Program-made: the position numbers and the translations under genes
Shown: positions 1-7,761 of the stretch, piece after piece
Layout: each line of letters opens with the position of its first letter
How positions within the stretch are numbered: the first letter of the stretch is position 1
NCBI GenBank assembly: GCA_963847705.1
Contig: CAWKBC010000014.1
Coordinates: 192,001 to 256,000, forward strand
Direction: 5' to 3'
DNA from: an uncultured Pseudomonadota bacterium
GTDB taxonomy: Bacteria; Myxococcota_A; Polyangia; Fen-1088
Length of the DNA: 64,000 nucleotides
The notes under the pieces: generated by a model
What the model was told of the DNA's origin: nothing
The model's database searches: none
The model's input: only the letters and a program-made list of their open reading frames with translations

Positions 1-1
1 G

Positions 2-805
2 CTCGGTCAGGCTGGTGAACCGGCGCTCCTCCGGATCGACGTCAAGCCTGCCGGCGCCGGCGCGGTGGCCGTCCGCGTCGGCGCACGGAGCCGGATCGTC
101 GCGCTGAACGAGCGAACCGGTGCCGGCGCCGCGCGCGTCGTCGCTCTGGTTATCGCCGAGATCCTGAACAGTGGCGTCGAGACGCCCCCCGCTGGCGAAA
201 CGCCAACTACCGCCGATGCGAAACGCGCGATCCAGGCGCCCAGCCGGACGGCCTCCGGCACGGTCGTGCCGCACCCCACGCTCGCTGCCACCGGGGAGCC
301 GACCGCCGCGCCAGAATGGAAGTCGCGTCTCTGCTTGACGAGCGGCGCCGCCAAGGGGACAGGCGACGAGGAGCTCCTGGCCGGGACCCTCGACGTCGAT
401 CTGACGATGGCGTTCGGCCACGGTCGACTGCGGCTCGCGCCGTCGGCGGGCCTCACGATCATGCCGACGCGCAACGCGGGGACGCTCGATCAGGTTTCGT
501 TCCTGGCGGTGAGCGGGCGTCTGCTGGGTGGCGCGACCTTCGGCCCGCTCGACTTCCTAGGCGGTCCCGTCGTCTCGCGCTACAGCATCGGCGGGGCCAC
601 GCCCCATGGCGGGCTCCTTGTCGGAGCCGAAGGGGTGGCCCGCCTGGCGGCGCCGTTGTCGGACCGGTTCCGCCTCGTCGCTGCGGCGCGGGTCGACGGG
701 TTTGCGGATCGCGTCCGGGTCTTCTGGGTCGACGGTCGGGCCTACGCGACGCCGCGGGTGGAGTTGGGCGTCGGCGTCGGATTGGCCTGGGAATGGGCGT
801 CATGA
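2..805 (+). CDS. Putative outer-membrane protein (5' partial), first gene of an OMP-ECF-FecR module
   Basis: Frame is open from position 2. C-terminus has amphipathic beta-strands ending ELGVGVGLAWEWAS. Stop overlaps the next start (ATGA 802-805). Similar to 15535-16491. Confidence 0.6.
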   Translation, partial: LGQAGEPALLRIDVKPAGAGAVAVRVGARSRIVALNERTGAGAARVVALVIAEILNSGVETPPAGETPTTADAKRAIQAPSRTASGTVVPHPTLAATGEPTAAPEWKSRLCLTSGAAKGTGDEELLAGTLDVDLTMAFGHGRLRLAPSAGLTIMPTRNAGTLDQVSFLAVSGRLLGGATFGPLDFLGGPVVSRYSIGGATPHGGLLVGAEGVARLAAPLSDRFRLVAAARVDGFADRVRVFWVDGRAYATPRVELGVGVGLAWEWAS

Positions 806-1410
806 CCCGGTCGTCCGCTTCCCCTCGCCAGTCGACCGCGGAAGCGGCGGCTAAAGACGCCGGCCTCGTTGACGCGGCGGCGCGCGGCGATCGGCGAGCG
901 TTCGCAGAGCTCTACCGACGGCACCTCGACTCGGTCTACGCGCGTCTCACGCGTGTGATCGGCCCGGCACCCGAGCGCGAAGATCTGGTCCAGCAGATCT
1001 TCCTCGACGTCTACCGGGCTTTGACGCGATTCCGGGGCGATTCCGCGTTCTCGACTTTCCTGCACCGAATCGTCCTCAACGTCGCCTGCGAGCACCTCGA
1101 GCGCCGGCGGCGTGGGCGCGGGCGCAGCGAACCGCTCGGAGCCCGACAGATCGAAACCCTCATCGCGCCGGACGCCTCGCCCGAGCAAAGGGCGCGCCAG
1201 CGCGAGGAGCTGGCCCGTCTGTTCAGGTTCCTCGAGGTGCTTTCGCCCAAACGGCGTGCGGCCTTCGTCCTGGTGGCGATCGAGTCTCTGCCGATCGAGG
1301 AGGCGGCGCGGCTGCTGGACGCCAAACCGGCGGCGATCAAGCAGCGTGTCCTCGAGGCGCGCCGGGAGCTGGCGCGCGCGCTCGACCGCGCGCATGAGGA
1401 GACGACATGA
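802..1410 (+). CDS. ECF RNA polymerase sigma factor
   Basis: Sigma2 motifs (AFAELYRRH, EDLVQQIF, FSTFLHRI) and sigma4 (LSPKRRAAFVLVAIE...EAARLL). ATG 802 overlaps the upstream TGA. Confidence 0.92.
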   Translation: MTRSSASPRQSTAEAAAKDAGLVDAAARGDRRAFAELYRRHLDSVYARLTRVIGPAPEREDLVQQIFLDVYRALTRFRGDSAFSTFLHRIVLNVACEHLERRRRGRGRSEPLGARQIETLIAPDASPEQRARQREELARLFRFLEVLSPKRRAAFVLVAIESLPIEEAARLLDAKPAAIKQRVLEARRELARALDRAHEETT

Positions 1411-2567
1411 AGCCCGACGAGCACGACGCCCGTATCGAGACGGAGATTACCGGTCCGCTGCGAGAGGCGCACTCGGCGCTCGACGAGCTTCACCGCGCCC
1501 GGCTGTCTTTCGCCATCGAGACAACGCTCGACCGCGAGGACAAGGCGATGGCGGCGGGCCGTGCGTCGCGCGTCCGGCGTCGGCGCGTCTGGCTATCAGC
1601 GTCGGGGATCGCCGCCGCGATCGTGGTCGGGGCGGTGTTCTTGACACGCGGACCGCATGCGCCGCCGCGGACCGGCGCGCCCGTGGCGAGCGCTCCTGAA
1701 ACCCGGGCGCCGCCCTTGTTGGTCCCCTACCACGGGGCGGGCGAGCGGGTCCCGGCACCGTCCCCCACGACGAGCCTGCTGGCGCTGGCCGGCGAGAGGG
1801 TGCGTGCCACCGTCGGCACACGCGTGCGCCTTACGCTCGTGGGTCCAGGCCGGGTATCAGTTCTGCCTGCGGCCCGGGTGGGCGACGTCGAGCTAGCGCT
1901 GAACGAAGGACGCCTCCTGGTAGACTACGACGGACACGCGGGGGGCATGCTGAGTGTCGGGTCGCCCGGGGCCGTCACCACGGTCGTTGGAACGCTTTTC
2001 GCCGTCGAGGCGACCGGATCGTCAAGTCGCGTCGCCGTGGCGCGGGGACGGGTTCGGACCACCGACAGCACCGGACACCTCTGGCAGGTCGCCGCAGGCG
2101 ACAGCTGGACCAGCGCCGACGGTCGGTTGGCTCCCATCTCCGACGAGCTCGCCGCGGCCCTCGTGCGCCACGAGGCGGACTGGACGACGGTGCCGCCCGT
2201 CGCGCACCCCGACGAGCCGATCGAGCCTTTGCCGCCGGCGGTGCGTCCGAGCGTGCACCCACGGCGGCAGGTCAAACTGGACGCTCTTTACGCCAAGGCC
2301 GAAGCGGCCATGCGCGCCCACGCGATCGCCGAAGCGTGCCGGATTCTTGAGACCATCGTCGATCGCGATCGCAACGGCCCGCTCGGTGAAACGGCCTTGC
2401 TCGACCTGGCTCGGCTGGCGCTCGCTGACGGCGACCGGGTGGAGGCGCGCCGCGCCCTCGCCCGCCTGCCACCTCGCCTCGCCGATCCGGCCCTGGCCGA
2501 GACCGCCAGCCATCTCCGTTGCCGTGCCGAGCGCGTACTCGACGACGGCGATAGCTGCGGGTTTTGA
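1407..2567 (+). CDS. FecR-domain anti-sigma factor with C-terminal TPR-like domain
   Basis: Single TM helix, FecR motif (VTTVVGTLFAVE...SRVAVARGRVR), helical C-terminus. ATGA-coupled to the sigma gene. Confidence 0.8.
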   Translation: MKPDEHDARIETEITGPLREAHSALDELHRARLSFAIETTLDREDKAMAAGRASRVRRRRVWLSASGIAAAIVVGAVFLTRGPHAPPRTGAPVASAPETRAPPLLVPYHGAGERVPAPSPTTSLLALAGERVRATVGTRVRLTLVGPGRVSVLPAARVGDVELALNEGRLLVDYDGHAGGMLSVGSPGAVTTVVGTLFAVEATGSSSRVAVARGRVRTTDSTGHLWQVAAGDSWTSADGRLAPISDELAAALVRHEADWTTVPPVAHPDEPIEPLPPAVRPSVHPRRQVKLDALYAKAEAAMRAHAIAEACRILETIVDRDRNGPLGETALLDLARLALADGDRVEARRALARLPPRLADPALAETASHLRCRAERVLDDGDSCGF

Positions 2568-2878
2568 ACCAGAATCGCACTCAGGAGGGCGACGGGTCCG
2601 GCCTCGGAATCTTGGTGAACCGGCTGGTCCAATCAGCTTCTTCCCACTCAAGTGCAGGAAAAGCGGACCGGCGCCCCAGTTGCCGGGTGCTGGTCGGCCT
2701 CCTTCCTGCCGGGACTGTCCTGGAAAGCCACGTCGGGCGGCGCCCTTCGTCGGCGCGAAGGGGGAGAAGGGCACCACGTGCCGAGATAAATTCGACGATG
2801 CTTGCTTAGCACTTCGGGGGCCTCGTGCGTCGTGGAGGGTAAATGCTCGCGCGTGCTGCGCGGCTAAGAGGAGAAAAC

Positions 2879-4000
2879 ATGTCCTTTCATCGTTTCGTCG
2901 CGACGTCCGCGCTGGCTCTTGCCCTCGCCCACACCGCCGCCTGTGGCCAACTCTCGGGAGACACCGGCTCCCCCTCCACGCTCACCACCATTCACGGGAC
3001 CATCACTTCCAATTCCACGTCGGCGCCTGCGTCGCTGGCCACGGCCATCGTCTGGGAAGAGATGTCACCGGACGGGACCCTTCATGAGGCCGCCGACAGC
3101 GTGCCTGTGTCCGGGACCTTTCCGGCGTCCTTCAGCATCGCCCTCACCGGGCTCCCCCCCGCGAGCGCGATGCTCGACTTCGCCACCTTTGGGGGCACTC
3201 CTGGGAGCCCCTCCGCCACCGGCGTGCATGTCGCGGTGGGACTCGTGGTGGCGTACGACGACCGCAACGGTAACGGCCAGCTGGATCTCGTCGACGCGAG
3301 CGCATCGCATTACATCGACGAGATCGAGGGTGTGGGCGACCGGTACATCGTCTACCTCGACAGGTCCGTCCCTGCGACGCTCGTGACGAGTCCCGAGTTT
3401 GACGCACTGGGCATCGACGGCTCGATGCCACAGGAGGGCTACAATCTGGTACTTCCGCAGTCCAACTATTGCTTCGCGAACGCCGACGCGGGCGCGGCGG
3501 GAACGTGCACGAGGGGCATCATGTGGGAGCCCATGAAGACCGCCGTCACTATTCCCCTGGGAACGGCCACGGTGATTTTTCCCACGGACCTGCAGGAGCT
3601 GATGTGCTCCTCGGGGCCGAACGGCGACCAGATGGTCGTTGGCGCCCAATCGACGATTTCGGTCGCGGATTTTTCTGGGGCGCTCCCCTCGGCCGACGAT
3701 CCGAACGTGGACTGTTTGGACCTCAACAACTTCCAGTACATCTCGTCTTGCACGACGAGCCCGGCCGGGGTTTGCCAGCAGGTGAACACCGTATGTACCC
3801 AACCGACGATCGTGACACTCGATCCCGCGGGGGGCTCGCCCATCACGCCGCCCGCCAACTGGCCGTGCCCCGCGCAGACGCCGCCGCCTTCCGCCTATCT
3901 GAGCTGGTTGGCAGCGAGAGGGTCGGGGACGGTCAGCGGCGGCGGCGGTGGCGGCTCGAGCGGGTCCGGCTCCGGCGGAACAGGGACGAGCTCGAACTGA
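2879..4000 (+). CDS. Lipoprotein of unknown function with Ca-binding-like motif and Cys-rich C-terminus
   Basis: GAGGAG RBS, lipobox TAAC, motif YDDRNGNGQLD, several Cys, Gly/Ser tail. Confidence 0.75.
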   Translation: MSFHRFVATSALALALAHTAACGQLSGDTGSPSTLTTIHGTITSNSTSAPASLATAIVWEEMSPDGTLHEAADSVPVSGTFPASFSIALTGLPPASAMLDFATFGGTPGSPSATGVHVAVGLVVAYDDRNGNGQLDLVDASASHYIDEIEGVGDRYIVYLDRSVPATLVTSPEFDALGIDGSMPQEGYNLVLPQSNYCFANADAGAAGTCTRGIMWEPMKTAVTIPLGTATVIFPTDLQELMCSSGPNGDQMVVGAQSTISVADFSGALPSADDPNVDCLDLNNFQYISSCTTSPAGVCQQVNTVCTQPTIVTLDPAGGSPITPPANWPCPAQTPPPSAYLSWLAARGSGTVSGGGGGGSSGSGSGGTGTSSN

Positions 4001-4024
4001 ATCCGTCGCCCGGCTTGATAGTCC

Positions 4025-4534
4025 ATGCCGACCGACGACGGAGCAGACTTGACCAACGAGGAGCTGGCCGAGCTCTATCGCCGGTACGGGTTCTTGCTTC
4101 GTCGTCGTTGCCGCATGCTCTTACGCGACGAAGCCCTCGCCGAGGACGCCTTGCAGACCGCCTTCGTGAAGATCATCGAATCGCGCGCAGCGCTGGCGCG
4201 CGCCGACAACCGGCTGGCCTGGATGTATCGGGTCGTGGACCGTTGCAGCTTTGACCTGCTGCGCCGCCGCCGCGTGCGGCGCGCCGAGCCGATCGACCAG
4301 CACTCGGACAGGACGGCTGCCGCCCCGGGGGTCGACCTGGAGGCGCGCAACGCCGTGCTTCGCATCCTCAGCGAGCTCACCGAGTCTGAGTTTGAGGTCG
4401 CTGTGCTGTCCTACGTCGACGGGGTGCCCCAGACCGAGATCGCGTCGGCTTTGGGCCTCTCCCGGCCGACAATTTGGAAACGTCTGCTTTCCATACGCGA
4501 GCGGGCAGCTCGTTTGCTCGAGGTGACGCCATGA
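4025..4534 (+). CDS. ECF RNA polymerase sigma factor
   Basis: LAELYRRY, AEDALQTAF, WMYRV, and HTH EIASALGLSRPTI. Confidence 0.9.
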   Translation: MPTDDGADLTNEELAELYRRYGFLLRRRCRMLLRDEALAEDALQTAFVKIIESRAALARADNRLAWMYRVVDRCSFDLLRRRRVRRAEPIDQHSDRTAAAPGVDLEARNAVLRILSELTESEFEVAVLSYVDGVPQTEIASALGLSRPTIWKRLLSIRERAARLLEVTP

Positions 4535-5250
4535 ACGATCTCCCGAACCACCACCACCCCACGGGTGCTCGGCTGGACGCCGTCATCACAGGGGACGCCG
4601 ACCCCCGCGCGGCAGCGCACGTCGCATCCTGCGCCGAGTGCGCGGCCTACGTCGAGCGTCTCCGCCAGGGGGCGGAGAGCTTCGCCGCGGCCCCGCGCCC
4701 CAGCCCCGAGGCATTCGTGCAGGCCGTCGTCCGTCGGCGGGCAGGAGAGGGGGCGCGTCAGGCGCGGTCGCGTTGGATCGGCGCGACGACCTCCGGGCTG
4801 GCCCTCGCGGCGTGCGTCGTGATCCTCGCGCATGCGCGGCCGATCACCGCGCCACCAAACGACGTCCCAGTGGTGGCGCCGGGACCGGGGCCGATCCGGT
4901 TCAAAGGGGGATCTCAGGTGGCCGTGATCGTCGAGCGGCGCGGAGGGCAGTCGCGCGAGCTGGGGGCTCTGAGCGTCGCGCCCGGCGATCGGATCCGAGT
5001 CGAGATTGCGCTCGACCACGACGATGACGTAGAAGCCGGCGTGCTCGCCGGCGACGGCACCTGGGTTGCGCTCCAGCCGGCCACGCACCTCGGTGCGGGG
5101 ACGCACTTCTCGGCGGGAGCGGTTGCCTTTGACCAGCATGTTGACGAAGGTTGGGTCGTCGTCGGGCCCCCCGATGCGGTCGCGCGGGCGCGCGCAACGC
5201 GGGACCTCTCCGGCGTCCACGCCATCCGCATCCACCCGGCTACCCCGTGA
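4531..5250 (+). CDS. Zinc-binding (zf-HC2/ZAS) transmembrane anti-sigma factor with periplasmic domain
   Basis: HxxxCxxC (HVASCAEC), one TM helix, C-terminal beta-rich domain. ATGA overlap with the sigma gene. Confidence 0.8.
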   Translation: MNDLPNHHHPTGARLDAVITGDADPRAAAHVASCAECAAYVERLRQGAESFAAAPRPSPEAFVQAVVRRRAGEGARQARSRWIGATTSGLALAACVVILAHARPITAPPNDVPVVAPGPGPIRFKGGSQVAVIVERRGGQSRELGALSVAPGDRIRVEIALDHDDDVEAGVLAGDGTWVALQPATHLGAGTHFSAGAVAFDQHVDEGWVVVGPPDAVARARATRDLSGVHAIRIHPATP

Positions 5251-6815
5251 AACGAGCCAACCTCGCGCTGGGCTTGGCGCTCCTCGTCGCCCTGGCTGCA
5301 CCGGAGGTGCTGGCGGCACCGGTTCGCATCCTCATCGCGGTCGGCGCGCCGACGGGGCTCTCGGACGATCAGACTCTTGTGCACCCCCGGGACGACGCGC
5401 GCGGCGTCGCGGAGGTACTGACCGCGCTCGGCGGAGTGTCTCCACGAGAGGCGCTGCTCGTCCCCGATGCGCGGGTCGCTTCCGTCCGGGCGGCCTTTGA
5501 TCGTGCCGAGGCGATTGCTCGCGGTCACGCTGCTGCGGAGGTGACGTTCGTCTTCTACTTCAGCGGCCACGGTGACCACGAGGCGCTCCATCTCTCGGGA
5601 GAGACGCTCTCGCTGGACGAGCTGCGCGCCCGTGTCGAACGCATGCCGGTGGCACTTCGCCTCGTGATCATCGACGCCTGCCGCGTGAGCAGAGATCGCG
5701 CGAAGGGAATGACGATGGAGCCCGGCTTCGCCATTTCCCTCGCTCCCGTACCGTCGGCGTCGGGTATGGCCTGGCTCTTCGCCTCGAGCGACGGAGAGGT
5801 GGCGCAGGAGTCCGACGAGATCGGCGGGGCGCTCTTCTCGCATTTCTGGACGACGGGTCTCCGGGGCGCGGCCGACGCCGACGGTGACGGACGCGTCACG
5901 CTGCAGGAGTCGTTCGACTTCGCGTACGCGCAGACGCTCCTGCGGTCGGCGCGCTCGGGCGCGGTGCTGCAAAGGCCGCAGGAAAAGCTCGATCTCAGTG
6001 TGGCGGGTCCGGTGGTTCTCACTCAGCTGGCCGCGCAGCGTTCAACGCTCGTGCTCCCGGCCGACCGGGACGCCCTTTACCTCGTGTACGGCATTGCCTC
6101 GCACGCGCTCGAGGCCGAGCTGTTCGGGAGCCCGGATCGATCCACCTCCCTCGCGCTCCCCGCCGGGCGTTACCTCGTGCAACGCCGCTTCGCCGGGACC
6201 GGGGCCGCGACGGAGGTGCTTCTCACGCCGGGAGGCGTCCGCACGCTGGAGCCGGGGACCCTTCACCCCTTCGAACCCCAAGCGCTCGCGCGCAAGAGCG
6301 AGCTCGTGGTGAGCCCGTGGAGCCTGACCTTGAGCGACGGCGTTGTTGCGGGGAGCGCGATTCTCTGTGGGCGACGAAGCCATACTCGAGGTCGAGCGGC
6401 GCTGGGCGAGCTTTGGCGTCGCCGTGCGAGCGCTCGGGGGTTGGGGGAGAACGCGACCCCGGCGAACCAAGTCTACGAAACGACGCTCGGGGGCGAAGCG
6501 GGGCTCGTCCGTATCCTGTCGCTGGGCGCGCGGGTAGACATGCGTCTCGGCGTCGACGCGCGCGCGGAATACATCCGGCAACAGGTAGAACGGAAGGATG
6601 CGGCCATGGTTGAAACGGTCGGATACCCGGGCATCATGTATTTCAATGGGAGCGCTTGGGGTGGAGGGCTCCACGCTGACGCCCGATACCAGCTCTCGAC
6701 CACCTTCCATCTCGTGGCCGCGGTGAAGGGCTTGGCGCTGGGGACGCCGACCGCCATGGGGCTCCAGGCGCGACTCTCTTTCGGCGCGTACCTAGGAATC
6801 GGCGCGTCGTTCTGA
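5247..6815 (+). CDS. Secreted caspase-family (peptidase C14) protease with C-terminal beta-barrel-like region
   Basis: Signal peptide, catalytic YFSGHG and IIDACR, DADGDGRVTLQE motif, terminal Phe (GIGASF). GTGA overlap with the anti-sigma. Confidence 0.88.
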   Translation: MKRANLALGLALLVALAAPEVLAAPVRILIAVGAPTGLSDDQTLVHPRDDARGVAEVLTALGGVSPREALLVPDARVASVRAAFDRAEAIARGHAAAEVTFVFYFSGHGDHEALHLSGETLSLDELRARVERMPVALRLVIIDACRVSRDRAKGMTMEPGFAISLAPVPSASGMAWLFASSDGEVAQESDEIGGALFSHFWTTGLRGAADADGDGRVTLQESFDFAYAQTLLRSARSGAVLQRPQEKLDLSVAGPVVLTQLAAQRSTLVLPADRDALYLVYGIASHALEAELFGSPDRSTSLALPAGRYLVQRRFAGTGAATEVLLTPGGVRTLEPGTLHPFEPQALARKSELVVSPWSLTLSDGVVAGSAILCGRRSHTRGRAALGELWRRRASARGLGENATPANQVYETTLGGEAGLVRILSLGARVDMRLGVDARAEYIRQQVERKDAAMVETVGYPGIMYFNGSAWGGGLHADARYQLSTTFHLVAAVKGLALGTPTAMGLQARLSFGAYLGIGASF

Positions 6816-7125
6816 GCCGCCGCTCAGCAGAGCGCGGATTCATCAACTGATCCCAGGTGCCGGCACAGGCGATCTGAGGTAGTAACAGAGATCAAGCGCT
6901 TGACCTCACGGCAGCCCATCGTCTGCCCTACGGCGGCCAGGTACTCGGATCTCCGACCGAGCCAGCCGTGACTCTCATCACGTCCCCTTCTGGGACGGAT
7001 GGCTCCAGGATCTTGGAGGCCGACCTGCCAGCGCGTTGCATGTCGATCTTTGATGAGTCGAATTTTGATGATCGGAGGGGGCCTGCCGCACGAACATCCT
7101 GTCGCATATCAGGCGAAGGAGATCC

Positions 7126-7695
7126 ATGACACGTCCAATTTCGCGGTTCGTTACTGTCGTTGGCGTCACTGCAGTGCTCGCGGTCGCTTTGCTCGCCCCG
7201 GGTTGTGGCGGCTCGAGCTCCAGCAACGACGGCGGCGGAACAGGCGGCGAAACCTCGTCGACCGGCGGGACGCCTGGAGCCGGCAAGGCCGGCAATAGCG
7301 GTCACACGGGAGGAACGTCTGGCGCGACGGGGGGAAACAAGGGTACCGGCACCGGCGGGAACAACGGAACGGGCACTGCCGGGACCAACGGCAGCGGCGG
7401 TCAGGGGTTCTTCGGCGGCGGCGGCAACGGCTTCTTCGGCGGCGGCGCCAACGGCTTCTTCGGCGGCGGCGGCGCCAATGGCTTCTTCGGCGGCGGCGGC
7501 GCCAATGGCTTCTTCGGCGGCGGCGGCGCCAATGGCTTCTTCGGTGGCGGCGGCGCCAACGGCTTCTTCGGTGGCGGCGGCGCCAACGGCTTCTTCGGTG
7601 GCGGCGGTGCCAACGGCTTCTTCGGTGGCGGCGGTGCCAACGGCTTCTTCGGTGGCGGCGGTGCCAACGGCTTCTTCGGTGGCGGCGGCGGCTAG
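7126..7695 (+). CDS. Gly-rich lipoprotein ending in 11 GFF-containing repeats (consensus GGGGANGFF)
   Basis: AAGGAG RBS, hydrophobic signal with APGC lipobox-like site. Variation among the 27-nt units is synonymous in this frame. Confidence 0.8.
   Translation: MTRPISRFVTVVGVTAVLAVALLAPGCGGSSSSNDGGGTGGETSSTGGTPGAGKAGNSGHTGGTSGATGGNKGTGTGGNNGTGTAGTNGSGGQGFFGGGGNGFFGGGANGFFGGGGANGFFGGGGANGFFGGGGANGFFGGGGANGFFGGGGANGFFGGGGANGFFGGGGANGFFGGGGANGFFGGGGG
7405..7692 (+). repeat. Coding tandem repeat, 27-nt unit (first two units 24 nt), 11 units
   Basis: Unit ggcttcttcggYggcggcggYgccaaY; 11 ttcttc cores between 7408 and 7677. Confidence 0.95.
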
Positions 7696-7761
7696 TTCGT
7701 AGCCCGACACTCCCAGCGTCCCCATTGGCTGAACCATTGCTGGCGGCCCACCGGCGCTGGT

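Noticed and set aside
6892-6903. Perfect palindrome TCAAGCGCTTGA
   Set aside because: Single occurrence with no supporting context to assign a function.
6928-7737. Antisense EEAVGAAAT and PPPPKKPLA repeat ORFs
   Set aside because: Shadows of the GFF-repeat gene. Only the + frame has an RBS, signal peptide and purely synonymous variation.
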